A program made the position numbers and the translations under genes. Positions 29,852 through 40,597 of a DNA stretch of 64,000 nt are shown piece after piece (position 1 is the first letter of the stretch; the number at the start of each line of letters is the position of its first letter). Below the pieces are notes generated by a model. The model did not search any database. It was not told where the DNA came from and saw only the letters and a program-made list of their open reading frames with translations. The stretch lies in the NCBI GenBank assembly GCA_965208615.1, contig CBDBPB010000004.1, forward strand, positions 128,001 through 192,000. Direction: 5' to 3'. This stretch comes from Spirochaetota bacterium (lineage in GTDB: Bacteria; Spirochaetota; UBA6919; CBDBPB01).

Positions 29852-31453
29852 TTATAGCGAGTTTAAATGCTCTATAGCTCTTTTAGCAATAACTACTATA
29901 TTTTTATCCTTAGAACTCTTTATATAGCTTCTTAATATAGGAATACTATCTTTAATTCTCTTTCTCTTAAACAAGTTTATAATATATAGTATTAAGTTTT
30001 TATCCTTTTCAGCCAATAGAGCCTTAAGTATAGCCTTTTTATCAAAACTTATATTATTGCTTATAAGTCCATAATAAATATACTTCCTTACACGAGGATT
30101 CTTATGAGTAATATATTTATTCAAAGTAGGAATACCCTTTTCACCGCGAATACTATAAACCTTATATAAATAATACGTCTGAAAATTGAATAAACTATTC
30201 CCTCTTTTAGAAGCCATAATAAGCTTATCTATAAAGCTATCCACTTTTTTATCGTTAAGGTTAATAAGCTTTTCGATCATAAGCTTTTTTAATTCGACAT
30301 TCTCTTCTTTATGAAAAACATTTTTTATAACAGAAAATGCTATATCCTTGTTCATATTGCTAAGGGATTTAATAATAGCAAACTTAAGCTTAGTATTATT
30401 AGCCTTTAACTCCTTAAGCCATAACCTTATAACCCTTTTACCACCAATAATACTTAATACAAAAATAGCCTTTCTTCTTACTTTAATATCTTTATCATTA
30501 TATGCCATATAGCTAAGTATATCAAATGCCTTTGCAGACTTTAAATGCTCTATCCCCAAAAGACCAGAGTATCGTATAGCTTCATTATCATGCCTAAGAG
30601 CAGAAAAAATATAAGGATATGCTTTATTACTTTTAGTCTTGCCAAAAGCCTCAATTACAGCTTTTAATACAACAATGTCTTTTTCATCAGTATAGAGTTT
30701 TAGAATATTAACAGCCTTTTCTTTTCCCAGCTTAGCTATAGACGAAGCCGCAAATACCCTTACATACCTCCCAACCGCCTTACTAGATAAAACATCACTT
30801 AAAAACGCTATGGAAGACGGTTTATTAATCTCTCCTATAGCATTTACAATCCCTATTTTTGTATCATCATCAGTATTACGTTTATAAAATATTTCGTGCA
30901 TCAGCTTAAGGCTTTTTTTTGACTTAATCTGTCCCAAATACCATATAGAAGCTCTAATTATCCATAAGTTTTCACTTTCTTTAAGAGTATCCATTATAAT
31001 ACTCTCTTTTGTCTTATCCTTAAAGTGACCCAATGCTCTAATAGAGGCGGCTTTTATATCATCTTTACTAGAGTATAGCCTTTTACTAATCAAGGATATA
31101 AACTCTTTAATATTCAGATTTATTGTAGCATATATACCCTCAATCACAACACTGTTATTATCCTCATTTTCCAGTACCCGCTTTATAAGGGGATAGTACT
31201 TCTTATCCTTCTTAACAACAATTTTTTTAATGGTATCAATTCTATCTTTAGATATACCATAGTATAATATATCCCTAAAATGATTATACTCAGACTTATT
31301 GTGTTTATTAATGTTATCCTTTTTAGCAAATAAAGAAGGTGTAATGCTAAAAAATACTATTAAAAATACAGATATTATCCTCATAACTACCCCATAAGTA
31401 AAAGATAAACCCTTATACCTATTATTAAAAAAATACATAAATAGAGTCGACAT
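29852..31453 (-). CDS. HEAT-repeat protein, probably exported
   Basis: Repeated AASIRALG, ASIWYLG, AVIEAFG and KAIFVLS helices; signal peptide if the start is the Met of MRIISVFL. Confidence 0.75.
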   Translation of the reverse strand: MSTLFMYFFNNRYKGLSFTYGVVMRIISVFLIVFFSITPSLFAKKDNINKHNKSEYNHFRDILYYGISKDRIDTIKKIVVKKDKKYYPLIKRVLENEDNNSVVIEGIYATINLNIKEFISLISKRLYSSKDDIKAASIRALGHFKDKTKESIIMDTLKESENLWIIRASIWYLGQIKSKKSLKLMHEIFYKRNTDDDTKIGIVNAIGEINKPSSIAFLSDVLSSKAVGRYVRVFAASSIAKLGKEKAVNILKLYTDEKDIVVLKAVIEAFGKTKSNKAYPYIFSALRHDNEAIRYSGLLGIEHLKSAKAFDILSYMAYNDKDIKVRRKAIFVLSIIGGKRVIRLWLKELKANNTKLKFAIIKSLSNMNKDIAFSVIKNVFHKEENVELKKLMIEKLINLNDKKVDSFIDKLIMASKRGNSLFNFQTYYLYKVYSIRGEKGIPTLNKYITHKNPRVRKYIYYGLISNNISFDKKAILKALLAEKDKNLILYIINLFKRKRIKDSIPILRSYIKSSKDKNIVVIAKRAIEHLNSL

Positions 31454-31590
31454 GCTAATAAATATCTTTAGGGGATCAAATAATGAAAATCTAATATTTA
31501 GCGGTAAGATAAATTATACTTAATAAGCCTAAGCCTAACTATTAATTAAGCTTAAGCTAAACCAAAAAAAATCTTAAGTTTAAAAAACTT

Positions 31591-32241
31591 TTATTTTGCC
31601 TTGCGTGACTTAACAGAAGTTAACCTCATACTCTTAATCTTTGGCCATCTTGGCTCAACCCAACGATTAGCTTTATAAATCCAAACCGGACCTCTATCAC
31701 CAACTACCTTTATAAGTTTAATACGACAATATTTATTTATCCATTTATTTATGTTAACCTTATAGCCCTTTGACTTTGCAAAAAGAACTACTTTATGCAT
31801 ACCCTTTTTATCCCGTCCAAGTCTTACATAATAAAGATCAGCCTTATTAATCATAAACCTATCATAGACTTCCCAATAAAAGTTTGGTTTATAGTAGTAT
31901 TTATTAGTATCAACTCCGGCTAACAGTACATCAGCAGTAATTTTACTATTTACGATAATTGTAACCTTATCCGCTTGATTATAGTATTGTATATATGCCC
32001 TACCCCTTTTAGGAAATAGACCAGAACGATTGCCATAAAAAAACTCTCTTTCTTCTTCTCCAGCAGTAATAGATGATTTATCACCAGCCTTTCCGCCGCC
32101 TCTTATTGTCTCTTTATCTTCATATAGCTTAGTAGATAGGCCTTTAGCAAATATTGTTGAGTTAGTTTGAGTTATAGCAAAGACTAAAGTAATAATTACA
32201 ATATATTTTTTCATATAATGTCTCCTTAATTTATTAGCCAA
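31591..32241 (-). CDS. Hypothetical exported protein
   Basis: AGGAG precedes the MKKYIVIITLVFA signal peptide (likely start 32214). Confidence 0.65.
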   Translation of the reverse strand: MANKLRRHYMKKYIVIITLVFAITQTNSTIFAKGLSTKLYEDKETIRGGGKAGDKSSITAGEEEREFFYGNRSGLFPKRGRAYIQYYNQADKVTIIVNSKITADVLLAGVDTNKYYYKPNFYWEVYDRFMINKADLYYVRLGRDKKGMHKVVLFAKSKGYKVNINKWINKYCRIKLIKVVGDRGPVWIYKANRWVEPRWPKIKSMRLTSVKSRKAK

Positions 32242-32407
32242 AAACTAGTATTGTTTACTCTTTAAAGTTAACACAGTTAAATGAATATAATCATAGTATA
32301 TAAGAAGTGTCAATTAAAAAAATATTTTATTTATGTTAAAAAAAATAAAATAATTAGGCTAGCTTATTATCTTTAAATAAGGTTGATAGTTAACCAATAT
32401 AAGTGAG

Positions 32408-33412
32408 GTGTTAATTATGGATAGAAGAGAATTTATAAAAAACTCTTTTGTACTTGGTTCTGGAACAGTAATCCTCTCAAGCTGTAGCCTTATAAATAAA
32501 GATAAACAAAAAAAATATATAAGAACAATTAATCCATCTAATTATGTGTCTTACGTAACAACAAATAATATTAACAATGCGGCATCCGATAACATAATAG
32601 GCAAAATGACCCAAGAGGCTGTTAACATTATTGCTCAGTTAAGCCATAACAAAAAAAAGGGGATGGAGGCTTTTGTCAAACGAGCCGATAAGGTAATAAT
32701 AAAACCAAATATTGGATGGGCAAGAATACCTGAGCTGGCCGCTACTACTAATCCCATTGTAATAAAAAAGATTATTGAAATGTGTTATGATGCAGGTGCA
32801 TCAAAAGTTATTGTTAGTGATCTACCTGCTAACTCGGTCAATATAGCCTTTGATAGAACCGGTATTAGTAAAGCGGTTAAGTCTGTGGATGGTATTATAA
32901 GTTATCCCAAATCCCATAGAATAAAAGAAATGAAACTTGAAAAACCCATTTATCTACCCCTTGATAAAAAAGAAATAAAAAAATGGCCTATATTCATAGA
33001 CTTTATAGAAGCAGATGTAATAATAAACATCCCCATAGCAAAACATCATAATCTATCCAAGCTCAGTATTGGTATGAAAAATTGGTATGGTGCAGTGTCA
33101 GGAAGAAGGAATCAACTTCATCAGGCCATTAACGAGAGTATAGCTTCTTTAGCATACCACTTTAAACCGGATTTAACTATTGTTGACTGCATAAGAATAC
33201 TATTAAGAAATGGTCCAACAGGCGGATCAGTAAAAGATACCAAAATAACAAATACCATAATAGCGAGTCAGAGCCAAGTCGCCGCCGATAGTATAGCTAG
33301 TACACTTTTCAATATAAAACCAAGTGATATACCATACATTAAAATAGCGAGTCAAATGGGAATGGGTGATTATAACTCTATCAACATAATAAAAAAGACC
33401 TTAAATAGCTAA
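32408..33412 (+). CDS. DUF362 domain protein with Tat/lipoprotein signal
   Basis: MDRREFIK twin-arginine, LSSC lipobox, VIIKPNIGW, TTNP, INIPIAKHH, GMKNWYG, NGPTGG. Confidence 0.88.
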   Translation: MLIMDRREFIKNSFVLGSGTVILSSCSLINKDKQKKYIRTINPSNYVSYVTTNNINNAASDNIIGKMTQEAVNIIAQLSHNKKKGMEAFVKRADKVIIKPNIGWARIPELAATTNPIVIKKIIEMCYDAGASKVIVSDLPANSVNIAFDRTGISKAVKSVDGIISYPKSHRIKEMKLEKPIYLPLDKKEIKKWPIFIDFIEADVIINIPIAKHHNLSKLSIGMKNWYGAVSGRRNQLHQAINESIASLAYHFKPDLTIVDCIRILLRNGPTGGSVKDTKITNTIIASQSQVAADSIASTLFNIKPSDIPYIKIASQMGMGDYNSINIIKKTLNS

Positions 33413-33472
33413 AATATAGCCTCTTTAAAACTGATCCATTATCATCCATGGAATACTTTTTACTTAGCATCT

Positions 33473-33501
33473 TTGACAAAGATAGACTATAGTATTATAT
33501 T
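33473..33501 (+). promoter_or_regulatory. Sigma70-type promoter for the hypothetical-birA-coaX run
   Basis: TTGACA-17 nt-TATATT; GGAG at 33518 suggests a start at ATG 33528. Confidence 0.55.
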
Positions 33502-33515
33502 TTTTTATTGTTTAT

Positions 33516-34895
33516 ATGGAGAAGCCTATGTTAATAAAAATTGGCAAACATTTATCCCTATTGTTATTCTTACTAACAATAACTATAACATCATTTGCTA
33601 GAGACAGTATAAAATTCTATAACAATATATATGTAAACCATAAGGGTAAGCTGATTGCAGAAAAACCTTATAACCTATATTTGGCTTCATACCTATTTAA
33701 CGTCAAAAATAGGGCTGTTATTAAAGCTAAATTAAGAGATGGATATATAATAGAGTACAACTCAAATAAAACTGCATATTACGTAGTATATAACGATAAC
33801 TCTAAGGTTAGAGAACTAGGAGAGAAAACAGGATCAGAACATGATATTGCCCATGTATATAAGTATAATAAAAATGGATATGTTAAAGAGATTAGTCATT
33901 ATCATGTGATAGAGGGTAGAACTACATTTAAGTATTATTTGTTATATACAACAAAATTTATATATGATAAGCAACTCATCAAAAAAGTTGACTATAACAA
34001 GTCAAAAAAGAAAATAGCACATACCATTTATAAATACGACAAAAAAGGCAAAAAACTATATACCAAAACATACTCCAATAACAGTCTCAAGTCTATTATA
34101 GCTTATGATTACAAAAATAACAAATTAAGGGCCATAAACCTATATGATCCTAATAAAACACTAATAAAAAAAGTTAACTACTATTATAAAAATAATAGTA
34201 TAAGCTATATTAAACCAATAATATATAATATAAAATACTATAAAAACCCTTCTAAAAAGGATATTATAAAACTACCATATCAAAAAGGTATAGAGGTTAA
34301 TGGTTTTAGGTTTAATAACAATGAAATTGTTAGCATTAAGGGTACCATAGCAAATATACAAAGTTATATTGTTTACAACTTTAAGTTTAAACCAGTAAAT
34401 AAAGAGTGGAAGGCTGAAATAATCGGAACCTTTAAAAGCTATAACATAAAAAATAATCAATTTATGAACATGGTTAAAGTTTATAATACTCAAACTGGTA
34501 ATGAGATTAAAACTGAGTGGTATAATCATCAAGGAAAAGAACTATTTCATAAAATACCAAAAGACATTAAACTTACTAACATTTTTAAAATTGAAAATAT
34601 ATTGAATACCAAACATCTAATATATGGCAAAATCATGACTGAAAATAAACATAAAATCAAAAGAGAAATTATTATAGAAATATATAACAAATCAGGAGAT
34701 AGAAGCTGGTGTTATGTATCCCATGGATACTATTTTTATTTAATAAGCTATCATGATAAAAAACAACCCGTTAATAAGATCCACATTCTAAAAGCCGGAT
34801 ATAATTATAAAATAATTAATTTTAATTTAATAAGAAATAAGTCTCTGTTGGCTCTCCCGCCAACCTTTTTAAAATCTGTAATAAAGAAAAACTAG
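33516..34895 (+). CDS. Hypothetical exported Tyr/Lys-rich protein with YD/MORN-like beta repeats
   Basis: Signal peptide; YKYNKNG, YKYDKKG and YDYKNNK-type repeats. Confidence 0.6.
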   Translation: MEKPMLIKIGKHLSLLLFLLTITITSFARDSIKFYNNIYVNHKGKLIAEKPYNLYLASYLFNVKNRAVIKAKLRDGYIIEYNSNKTAYYVVYNDNSKVRELGEKTGSEHDIAHVYKYNKNGYVKEISHYHVIEGRTTFKYYLLYTTKFIYDKQLIKKVDYNKSKKKIAHTIYKYDKKGKKLYTKTYSNNSLKSIIAYDYKNNKLRAINLYDPNKTLIKKVNYYYKNNSISYIKPIIYNIKYYKNPSKKDIIKLPYQKGIEVNGFRFNNNEIVSIKGTIANIQSYIVYNFKFKPVNKEWKAEIIGTFKSYNIKNNQFMNMVKVYNTQTGNEIKTEWYNHQGKELFHKIPKDIKLTNIFKIENILNTKHLIYGKIMTENKHKIKREIIIEIYNKSGDRSWCYVSHGYYFYLISYHDKKQPVNKIHILKAGYNYKIINFNLIRNKSLLALPPTFLKSVIKKN

Positions 34896-34911
34896 TTGTT
34901 TAGGCGATAAT

Positions 34912-35667
34912 ATGTATTCCTTTTCCACAAAGTATATTGGTAAAAAGCTAATATTACTAAAAACTGTAACATCAACAAATAGCTATCTTCTTAACTATAA
35001 CGGCACTCTAGAAGAAGGTACTACAGTTGTTGCCGAAGAACAAACTAAAGCTAGAGGCAGGCTTAATCGAAAATGGTTTTCTACTGCTAATTCCCTAACT
35101 TTTTCTGTATTGCTTAAGCCTAAAATTAATCCTATAAAGCTTCCTCAGCTAACACAGATTTCATCCCTTGCTATTGCTAAGGCCATAGAAAATATGTGTT
35201 TTTTAAATACCATGATAAAGTGGCCCAATGATATTTATATTAACGATAAAAAGTGCTGTGGTATATTAACTGAGACAAGGTTTAATAGTATTCCTATTGT
35301 TGTTTTGGGTGTTGGTATAAACGTTAACGCAAATAAGAATGATATTCCTTATGAGATAAAGAAAAAAGCTAGTTCCTTATATATAGAGACAAATAAAACA
35401 TGGAACTTAGAAAAATTACTATCTGCCTTGCTTAGTGAGATAGAACACCATTATGAACTCTGGCTAAATAATTCTTTTAGCACATTCGTTAGTGAGATTG
35501 AACATAGGTTTTATCTTAGGAATAAAAAGGTTATGGTTAACTTGACTAATGACTATGTTTTAAGAGGCAAAGTACTAGGCATTAATTCAAATGGATATTT
35601 AATTATAGCTGACCAAAATGACAAAGTTCATCAACTTTCATCGGGGGAAGTTATATTGTGCTCTTAG
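34912..35667 (+). CDS. birA: Biotin--[acetyl-CoA-carboxylase] ligase, no N-terminal HTH
   Basis: STN, AEEQTKARGRLNRKW, KWPND, KCCGIL, GVGINV. Confidence 0.95.
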   Translation: MYSFSTKYIGKKLILLKTVTSTNSYLLNYNGTLEEGTTVVAEEQTKARGRLNRKWFSTANSLTFSVLLKPKINPIKLPQLTQISSLAIAKAIENMCFLNTMIKWPNDIYINDKKCCGILTETRFNSIPIVVLGVGINVNANKNDIPYEIKKKASSLYIETNKTWNLEKLLSALLSEIEHHYELWLNNSFSTFVSEIEHRFYLRNKKVMVNLTNDYVLRGKVLGINSNGYLIIADQNDKVHQLSSGEVILCS

Positions 35668-36434
35668 CAATGGATATAGGGAATACTAATATAAATATAG
35701 GTCTATTCTCCTTACAGACAAAAGGAAAGCTAATTAACAGTTTTAGCCTGACTACAAAAACAAATATAACTGCCGATGAAATGGCTATTTTTATTATATC
35801 CATTTTAAAGAATAGTTCTATAGAGCCTTCTAACATCCATTATATAGTTTGTTCTAGTGTAGTCCCCCGTTTAAATGGATGTATAAAGAGTATGTCCAGT
35901 AAATATTTTAGTGGTAATATTATATTTATCTCAAGCAAAATGAATACTGGATTAGTTTTTAACTATCCCAATCCCGATGAGATAGGCGCTGATAGAATTG
36001 TAAATGCCGTAGCAGTAAGTAATATATACGGTGGTCCTGCGATAATAGTCGATTTTGGTACTGCTATAACTTTTTGTGCATTATCAAAAAACAAAGAATA
36101 TTTAGGGGGACTCATATCCACAGGGATAACTACAAGTTTAGAGGCATTAATTCTCAAAACCTCTAAACTCCCATATATTAGTCTTAAAAAGCCAAGTTCT
36201 ATTTTGGCTAATACCACTAAGGATGGAATGACCTCTGGCATATACTTTGGGACTATTTATATGTTAGAGGGTATTATATCCCACATTCGCAGAAATCCTA
36301 AGCTTAAGAGTGCAAAAGTCATTGCCACTGGTGGAGACCTTCATCTTATAGCTGATACAAATATTATCGATATTATTGACTATAATCTTACTCTAAAGGG
36401 TTTAGAACTATTATTTTATAAAAACCATAACTAA
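35658..36434 (+). CDS. coaX: Type III pantothenate kinase
   Basis: DIGNTN, SSVVP, IGADR, VDFGTAIT, ATGG, LTLKGL. Confidence 0.96.
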   Translation: MLLAMDIGNTNINIGLFSLQTKGKLINSFSLTTKTNITADEMAIFIISILKNSSIEPSNIHYIVCSSVVPRLNGCIKSMSSKYFSGNIIFISSKMNTGLVFNYPNPDEIGADRIVNAVAVSNIYGGPAIIVDFGTAITFCALSKNKEYLGGLISTGITTSLEALILKTSKLPYISLKKPSSILANTTKDGMTSGIYFGTIYMLEGIISHIRRNPKLKSAKVIATGGDLHLIADTNIIDIIDYNLTLKGLELLFYKNHN

Positions 36435-36476
36435 AAAATCATCCAACATCTTGATACGTCTATAATAATACTTAAA

Positions 36477-37679
36477 CTAAATATACTGACCTATATGTAT
36501 AACCGGCTTATTATTATATATTATTGTGTTATACGGATCCCTTGAACTATTTGTATATACGGCAATTAGATAATGATTATAACCTTTTTTTATTATACCT
36601 AATCCGTTATTCAGCTTGAGTGCCCTTGCTCCATTTATTGTAGCAAGGTTAATAACCTGTTCTGGAGTTAATTGACAAAAGTTTTCTTTCACTTGTCTTA
36701 ATTCCTCAAAGAAGTTTAGAGAATAGTTACTGGCAAGAGAATCAGTACCTAAAGCTATATTTATACCGTTTTTTATTAGCTTATCCATTTTAAACTCAGG
36801 ATGACTAAAAAAACTATGGCTACGAGAACAATGAATAATAGACAGATTTAACCTTTTTATTATACTTATCTCTCTATCATCTAATATATTTAGGTGTATT
36901 ATAATACTGGATTTTGTTAAATATTTTTTTATGTCCAGGTAAGAAAGTGGATAAGTATTATTAATATCCTTTTCAACAGGATTATAACTATTTATAAAGC
37001 TGAAAAGCTCTCCACTACGACTATTAAAAAAACTTTCTTCTTCACTACTCTCCCCTAGGTGTATGGCTGAGTGATAACTCTTTTGTCTTATATATGATGT
37101 AACCTCCCTAAATGCCTTACTACAAAGAGTATATGGTGAATGAGGAGATATTCCATGACTAATATTATCTGCATAGCTATAATGGCTTATCTGTTCATCT
37201 ATTTTATTGAGCTTTTCTTTTACCTCATTTGGTTTTAGGGCTATATACTCCCAATATACCCGTCCAATTAGATTAGAGCTAATAAGCTCCTGAAAAGCTA
37301 AACCATTAGAACATATATCTGCTACTGCCACTACTCCGCTCTCCCACAGCTGGCTTATACCATCTCTAATAGCTAAAACTATATCATTTTTAGACAGCTT
37401 AGCTTTTAAAGTAATTACTTTCCTGATCCAGTCGGCGAATGAACCATTATATTTAACCTTATCTTTTAGGGCGGAAAGCTCAAGATGGCTATGACAGTTA
37501 ACAAATCCGGGTAATATAATATATTCACTAAGATCAACCTTCTCAACAGAAGGATATTTCTTTATTATGTTAGAATAGAGGCCAATATCCAAAATCCTAT
37601 GTTTGTTAATAAGCAGTGCACCATCAACAATTGGCTTCTGGATAATAGGTAAAATACATTTTGATATAAGTATTTTCAA
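36477..37679 (-). CDS. Metal-dependent amidohydrolase/deaminase (MtaD/MqnF-like)
   Basis: PGFVNCHSHLE, SPHSPYT, HLGES, LGTDSLASN, ATINGARAL. Confidence 0.85.
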   Translation of the reverse strand: MKILISKCILPIIQKPIVDGALLINKHRILDIGLYSNIIKKYPSVEKVDLSEYIILPGFVNCHSHLELSALKDKVKYNGSFADWIRKVITLKAKLSKNDIVLAIRDGISQLWESGVVAVADICSNGLAFQELISSNLIGRVYWEYIALKPNEVKEKLNKIDEQISHYSYADNISHGISPHSPYTLCSKAFREVTSYIRQKSYHSAIHLGESSEEESFFNSRSGELFSFINSYNPVEKDINNTYPLSYLDIKKYLTKSSIIIHLNILDDREISIIKRLNLSIIHCSRSHSFFSHPEFKMDKLIKNGINIALGTDSLASNYSLNFFEELRQVKENFCQLTPEQVINLATINGARALKLNNGLGIIKKGYNHYLIAVYTNSSRDPYNTIIYNNKPVIHIGQYI

Positions 37680-38356
37680 GATAGTATTTTATCAGTAGTT
37701 TTGAAGTGTATTTTAGCAACCTCGTTAAGGATGTCTTTTCCATACAGCTTAACCATACTCTTACCAAAATCAATGACTTTTTTTGAAGCACCTTTTACTA
37801 CACTAACTCCATATTGCTTAGAAAGACGATCAATATACTGTAAAAAGGCATTCCTTGCTAAAATGGATGAAGCCGCTACAGCAATATTATTTTCAGCATG
37901 AGTTTTTTGCCTAAGACATATTTGTTTACCCTTATCCATTAAGGCATTAACAATAAGGCTCTCATGGCCAAACTTGTCAGATAAAGCATAATTACAGTCA
38001 ACCATATCTAATATGTTCTCAAGTACCCTTGCATGACCCCATGCTAATAGTTTATTTAGATTGGCAATTTTATTATAAAGTTCATTATACCTCTTAGGGC
38101 CAATCACTACCACAGAATGAGGACAACTAATAATATCCTTAGCAATACTTATAACCTTTCCATCGGATAGCTTTTTACTATCCCGCACTCCAATATCATA
38201 TAGCCTATCTTTATTATGGTTATCTACAAATACACCGGCAATCACCAAAGGGCCAAAGTAATCCCCTTTACCAGACTCATCAATACCAATAATGGGATAA
38301 TTATCCTTTTCATTTTCGCTATTATAAAGATTTAATGATTTTTGCTTATTAATTAT
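37676..38356 (-). CDS. rnhC: Ribonuclease HIII (start uncertain; track ORF begins at 38248)
   Basis: The frame stays open upstream of 38248 and encodes IGIDESGKGDYFGPLVIAG; also GVRDSKKLSD, VAASSILAR and AKIHFKT. Confidence 0.85.
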   Translation of the reverse strand: MINKQKSLNLYNSENEKDNYPIIGIDESGKGDYFGPLVIAGVFVDNHNKDRLYDIGVRDSKKLSDGKVISIAKDIISCPHSVVVIGPKRYNELYNKIANLNKLLAWGHARVLENILDMVDCNYALSDKFGHESLIVNALMDKGKQICLRQKTHAENNIAVAASSILARNAFLQYIDRLSKQYGVSVVKGASKKVIDFGKSMVKLYGKDILNEVAKIHFKTTDKILS

Positions 38357-38390
38357 TTTACTACACCTTTATTTTATTTATTTTTAGTAG

Positions 38391-40418
38391 CTATATTCCT
38401 TTATATTTAACAATAGATGTTTGTTCTGAGGGAATATCACTAGATTTAAATACCTTTACTAACATCTTAAGGTTTTTACCAATAGCTTCATTCTTATTGG
38501 CAGTACCCTCAAGCTCTACTACTGAATTACTAATTTTTTGAGCATCAACGGTTTGACTCTCAATAGCTTTATGTATTTCCAAAGCAATTTCTGATAGCTC
38601 ATTAAATGCCTCTATAACTCGCTTATTGTCTTTTTGAAAGCCAGTTAATGATTCTTTAACAACCCGTGCATTATCTACAAGAGAGACAATAGAGGTTATT
38701 AATTCATTAATTCCCTTAGACTGGCTTAAAGTAGTCTCTGCTATTTTTGAGTTAACATCTCTTGCCTTATTAACGTCAGATAATATTTTACCTAAGCCTT
38801 TATCAGCTTCACCTGCAAGGGTATCAGCGTTATATATTTTCGAGATTATTTGTTTAAGCAAATTGGATATATTCCTAGCATTATTTCCACTATTCTCAGC
38901 CAGCTTTCTAATTTCATCCGCCACAACAGCAAAACCTTTACCAAAGTCTCCAGCGTGAGCCGCCTCAATAGCGGCATTCATGGCTAAAAGGTTTGTTTGC
39001 TCAGATATACCGTTAATAACCGTTGCTATATCCCCTACTTCTTTGGATGACTCCTCAATATCCTTAATAGCCCCTATAACATTTTGTACAGACTCAGCAC
39101 CCTGCTTAGCCACTAGTGATAGATCTTGAGTTATAGTATCAGCTTTTTTTGCAGTATCAACAATCTCCTGAAAGGTATTTTCCATCATCTCAAGGGAAGT
39201 AGAACTTTTATCCATAGACTTGGATTGCTCATTAGATATACTCAAAATATTATTTATCTTTTCGGATAGCTCATCAATACGATTAGATGTTACAGTTTTA
39301 ATACGCTGTTGAGATTCAACAAGCTTTTTTACCCTACTAGAATTACTAGCAACAGTCTTAAGGGAGTGGGATACGTTTTGTATAGACTCAAAAACCTCTG
39401 CACCTGACTCATTAACCTTTACAATGGTCTCTTCTAATTGATCCACGCCATCACTCAGCCTTTTCATCAACTTGTTGAACCAGTGAGTTAACTGACCCAC
39501 TTCATCCAAAGAGGCTACATCAATACGCTGTATCACATTACCAGTGCCCTCAGCAATATCCTTAAGACTACGAGTTAAGATTTGTGTTCTTTTAATAATA
39601 TCCCCAGAAAACAGCAGGTAGATAATAACAGATATAACCATTAATGAAAATACGAAAATACTATCATTTAGTTGTATATTATCCAAAGCCATATAAACTA
39701 AATAGCGTCTCATTATTTCAATAATAAGCATATTAGTTCCTAAAGAACCTAAAAAGAACTTCCACTTAAATGAAAAGCCTATCTTTCTCTCTGAGACATC
39801 TAAAAACTCCAAACTTTTTTCTACATTAAAGGTTAATACATAAATCGATGGAATAAACCCTACAAGCATAGACAATAACATTGGCTCACCACCAAATAAG
39901 TTTAAAATATAGGTAATACCATACGATGTTAAAAAGTCTACTTTAGTAAAAGTTGCATAACCATAAAACCACCACCAACCAAGAGGTAATAATGGCGCTA
40001 TAATAACAAATAAAAAAACATAGCCTAAAAGCCAAAATGGAAAACGATAAATATGATATTTAGACCTATCACGTTCTTCATAAGTACTCCCTTCTCTAGT
40101 ACCAATATCAATTATAGCAAGCCACTTTTTCATTCTAAGCATCACAAATAGAGAATAAATAAAGGTACCTAAAATAGTAAATAAATTAAATGAGGTACTT
40201 AATATAAGGTCTAAACTTTTCCATTCTTTTTCTTTAATAGTTAACTTACCATCGTTTAACCTTTTCCATTCTTTTTCTTCAAGAGTTAAAAGACTCTCTA
40301 ATTTTTTATCCCCTAAAACACGGTCTAAAGCACTAAGAGGATAATGCAGCGGCTTAATAAACGGAGTTAGCCCAAAAATTACAAATAATAATAAATATAT
40401 TAACCAATTCTTTCTCAT
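38391..40418 (-). CDS. Methyl-accepting chemotaxis protein with multi-TM N-terminus and HAMP
   Basis: Several TMs; DEVGQLTHWFNKLM HAMP; ISEQTNLLAMNAAIEAAHAGDFGKGFAVVADEIRKLAE. Confidence 0.93.
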   Translation of the reverse strand: MRKNWLIYLLLFVIFGLTPFIKPLHYPLSALDRVLGDKKLESLLTLEEKEWKRLNDGKLTIKEKEWKSLDLILSTSFNLFTILGTFIYSLFVMLRMKKWLAIIDIGTREGSTYEERDRSKYHIYRFPFWLLGYVFLFVIIAPLLPLGWWWFYGYATFTKVDFLTSYGITYILNLFGGEPMLLSMLVGFIPSIYVLTFNVEKSLEFLDVSERKIGFSFKWKFFLGSLGTNMLIIEIMRRYLVYMALDNIQLNDSIFVFSLMVISVIIYLLFSGDIIKRTQILTRSLKDIAEGTGNVIQRIDVASLDEVGQLTHWFNKLMKRLSDGVDQLEETIVKVNESGAEVFESIQNVSHSLKTVASNSSRVKKLVESQQRIKTVTSNRIDELSEKINNILSISNEQSKSMDKSSTSLEMMENTFQEIVDTAKKADTITQDLSLVAKQGAESVQNVIGAIKDIEESSKEVGDIATVINGISEQTNLLAMNAAIEAAHAGDFGKGFAVVADEIRKLAENSGNNARNISNLLKQIISKIYNADTLAGEADKGLGKILSDVNKARDVNSKIAETTLSQSKGINELITSIVSLVDNARVVKESLTGFQKDNKRVIEAFNELSEIALEIHKAIESQTVDAQKISNSVVELEGTANKNEAIGKNLKMLVKVFKSSDIPSEQTSIVKYKGI

Positions 40419-40597
40419 CTTTCCCCCTTAATATTTGGCAATGTTTATTATTGATAGCATTATTTAATATTAGCCAGCTTAAATCATATACCCTTTGTTA
40501 ATCTAACAAATAAGCCTACAGATAGTTAATAACACTACTTTTTTAATAAAAACACTAAATTTGATTATACTAAAACTATAAAACATTATAAATCTAT

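Noticed and set aside
40218-40278. Short internal repeat in the MCP N-terminus (LTLEEKEWKRL / LTIKEKEWKSL)
   Set aside because: It is a real but tiny in-frame duplication with no evidence of function.
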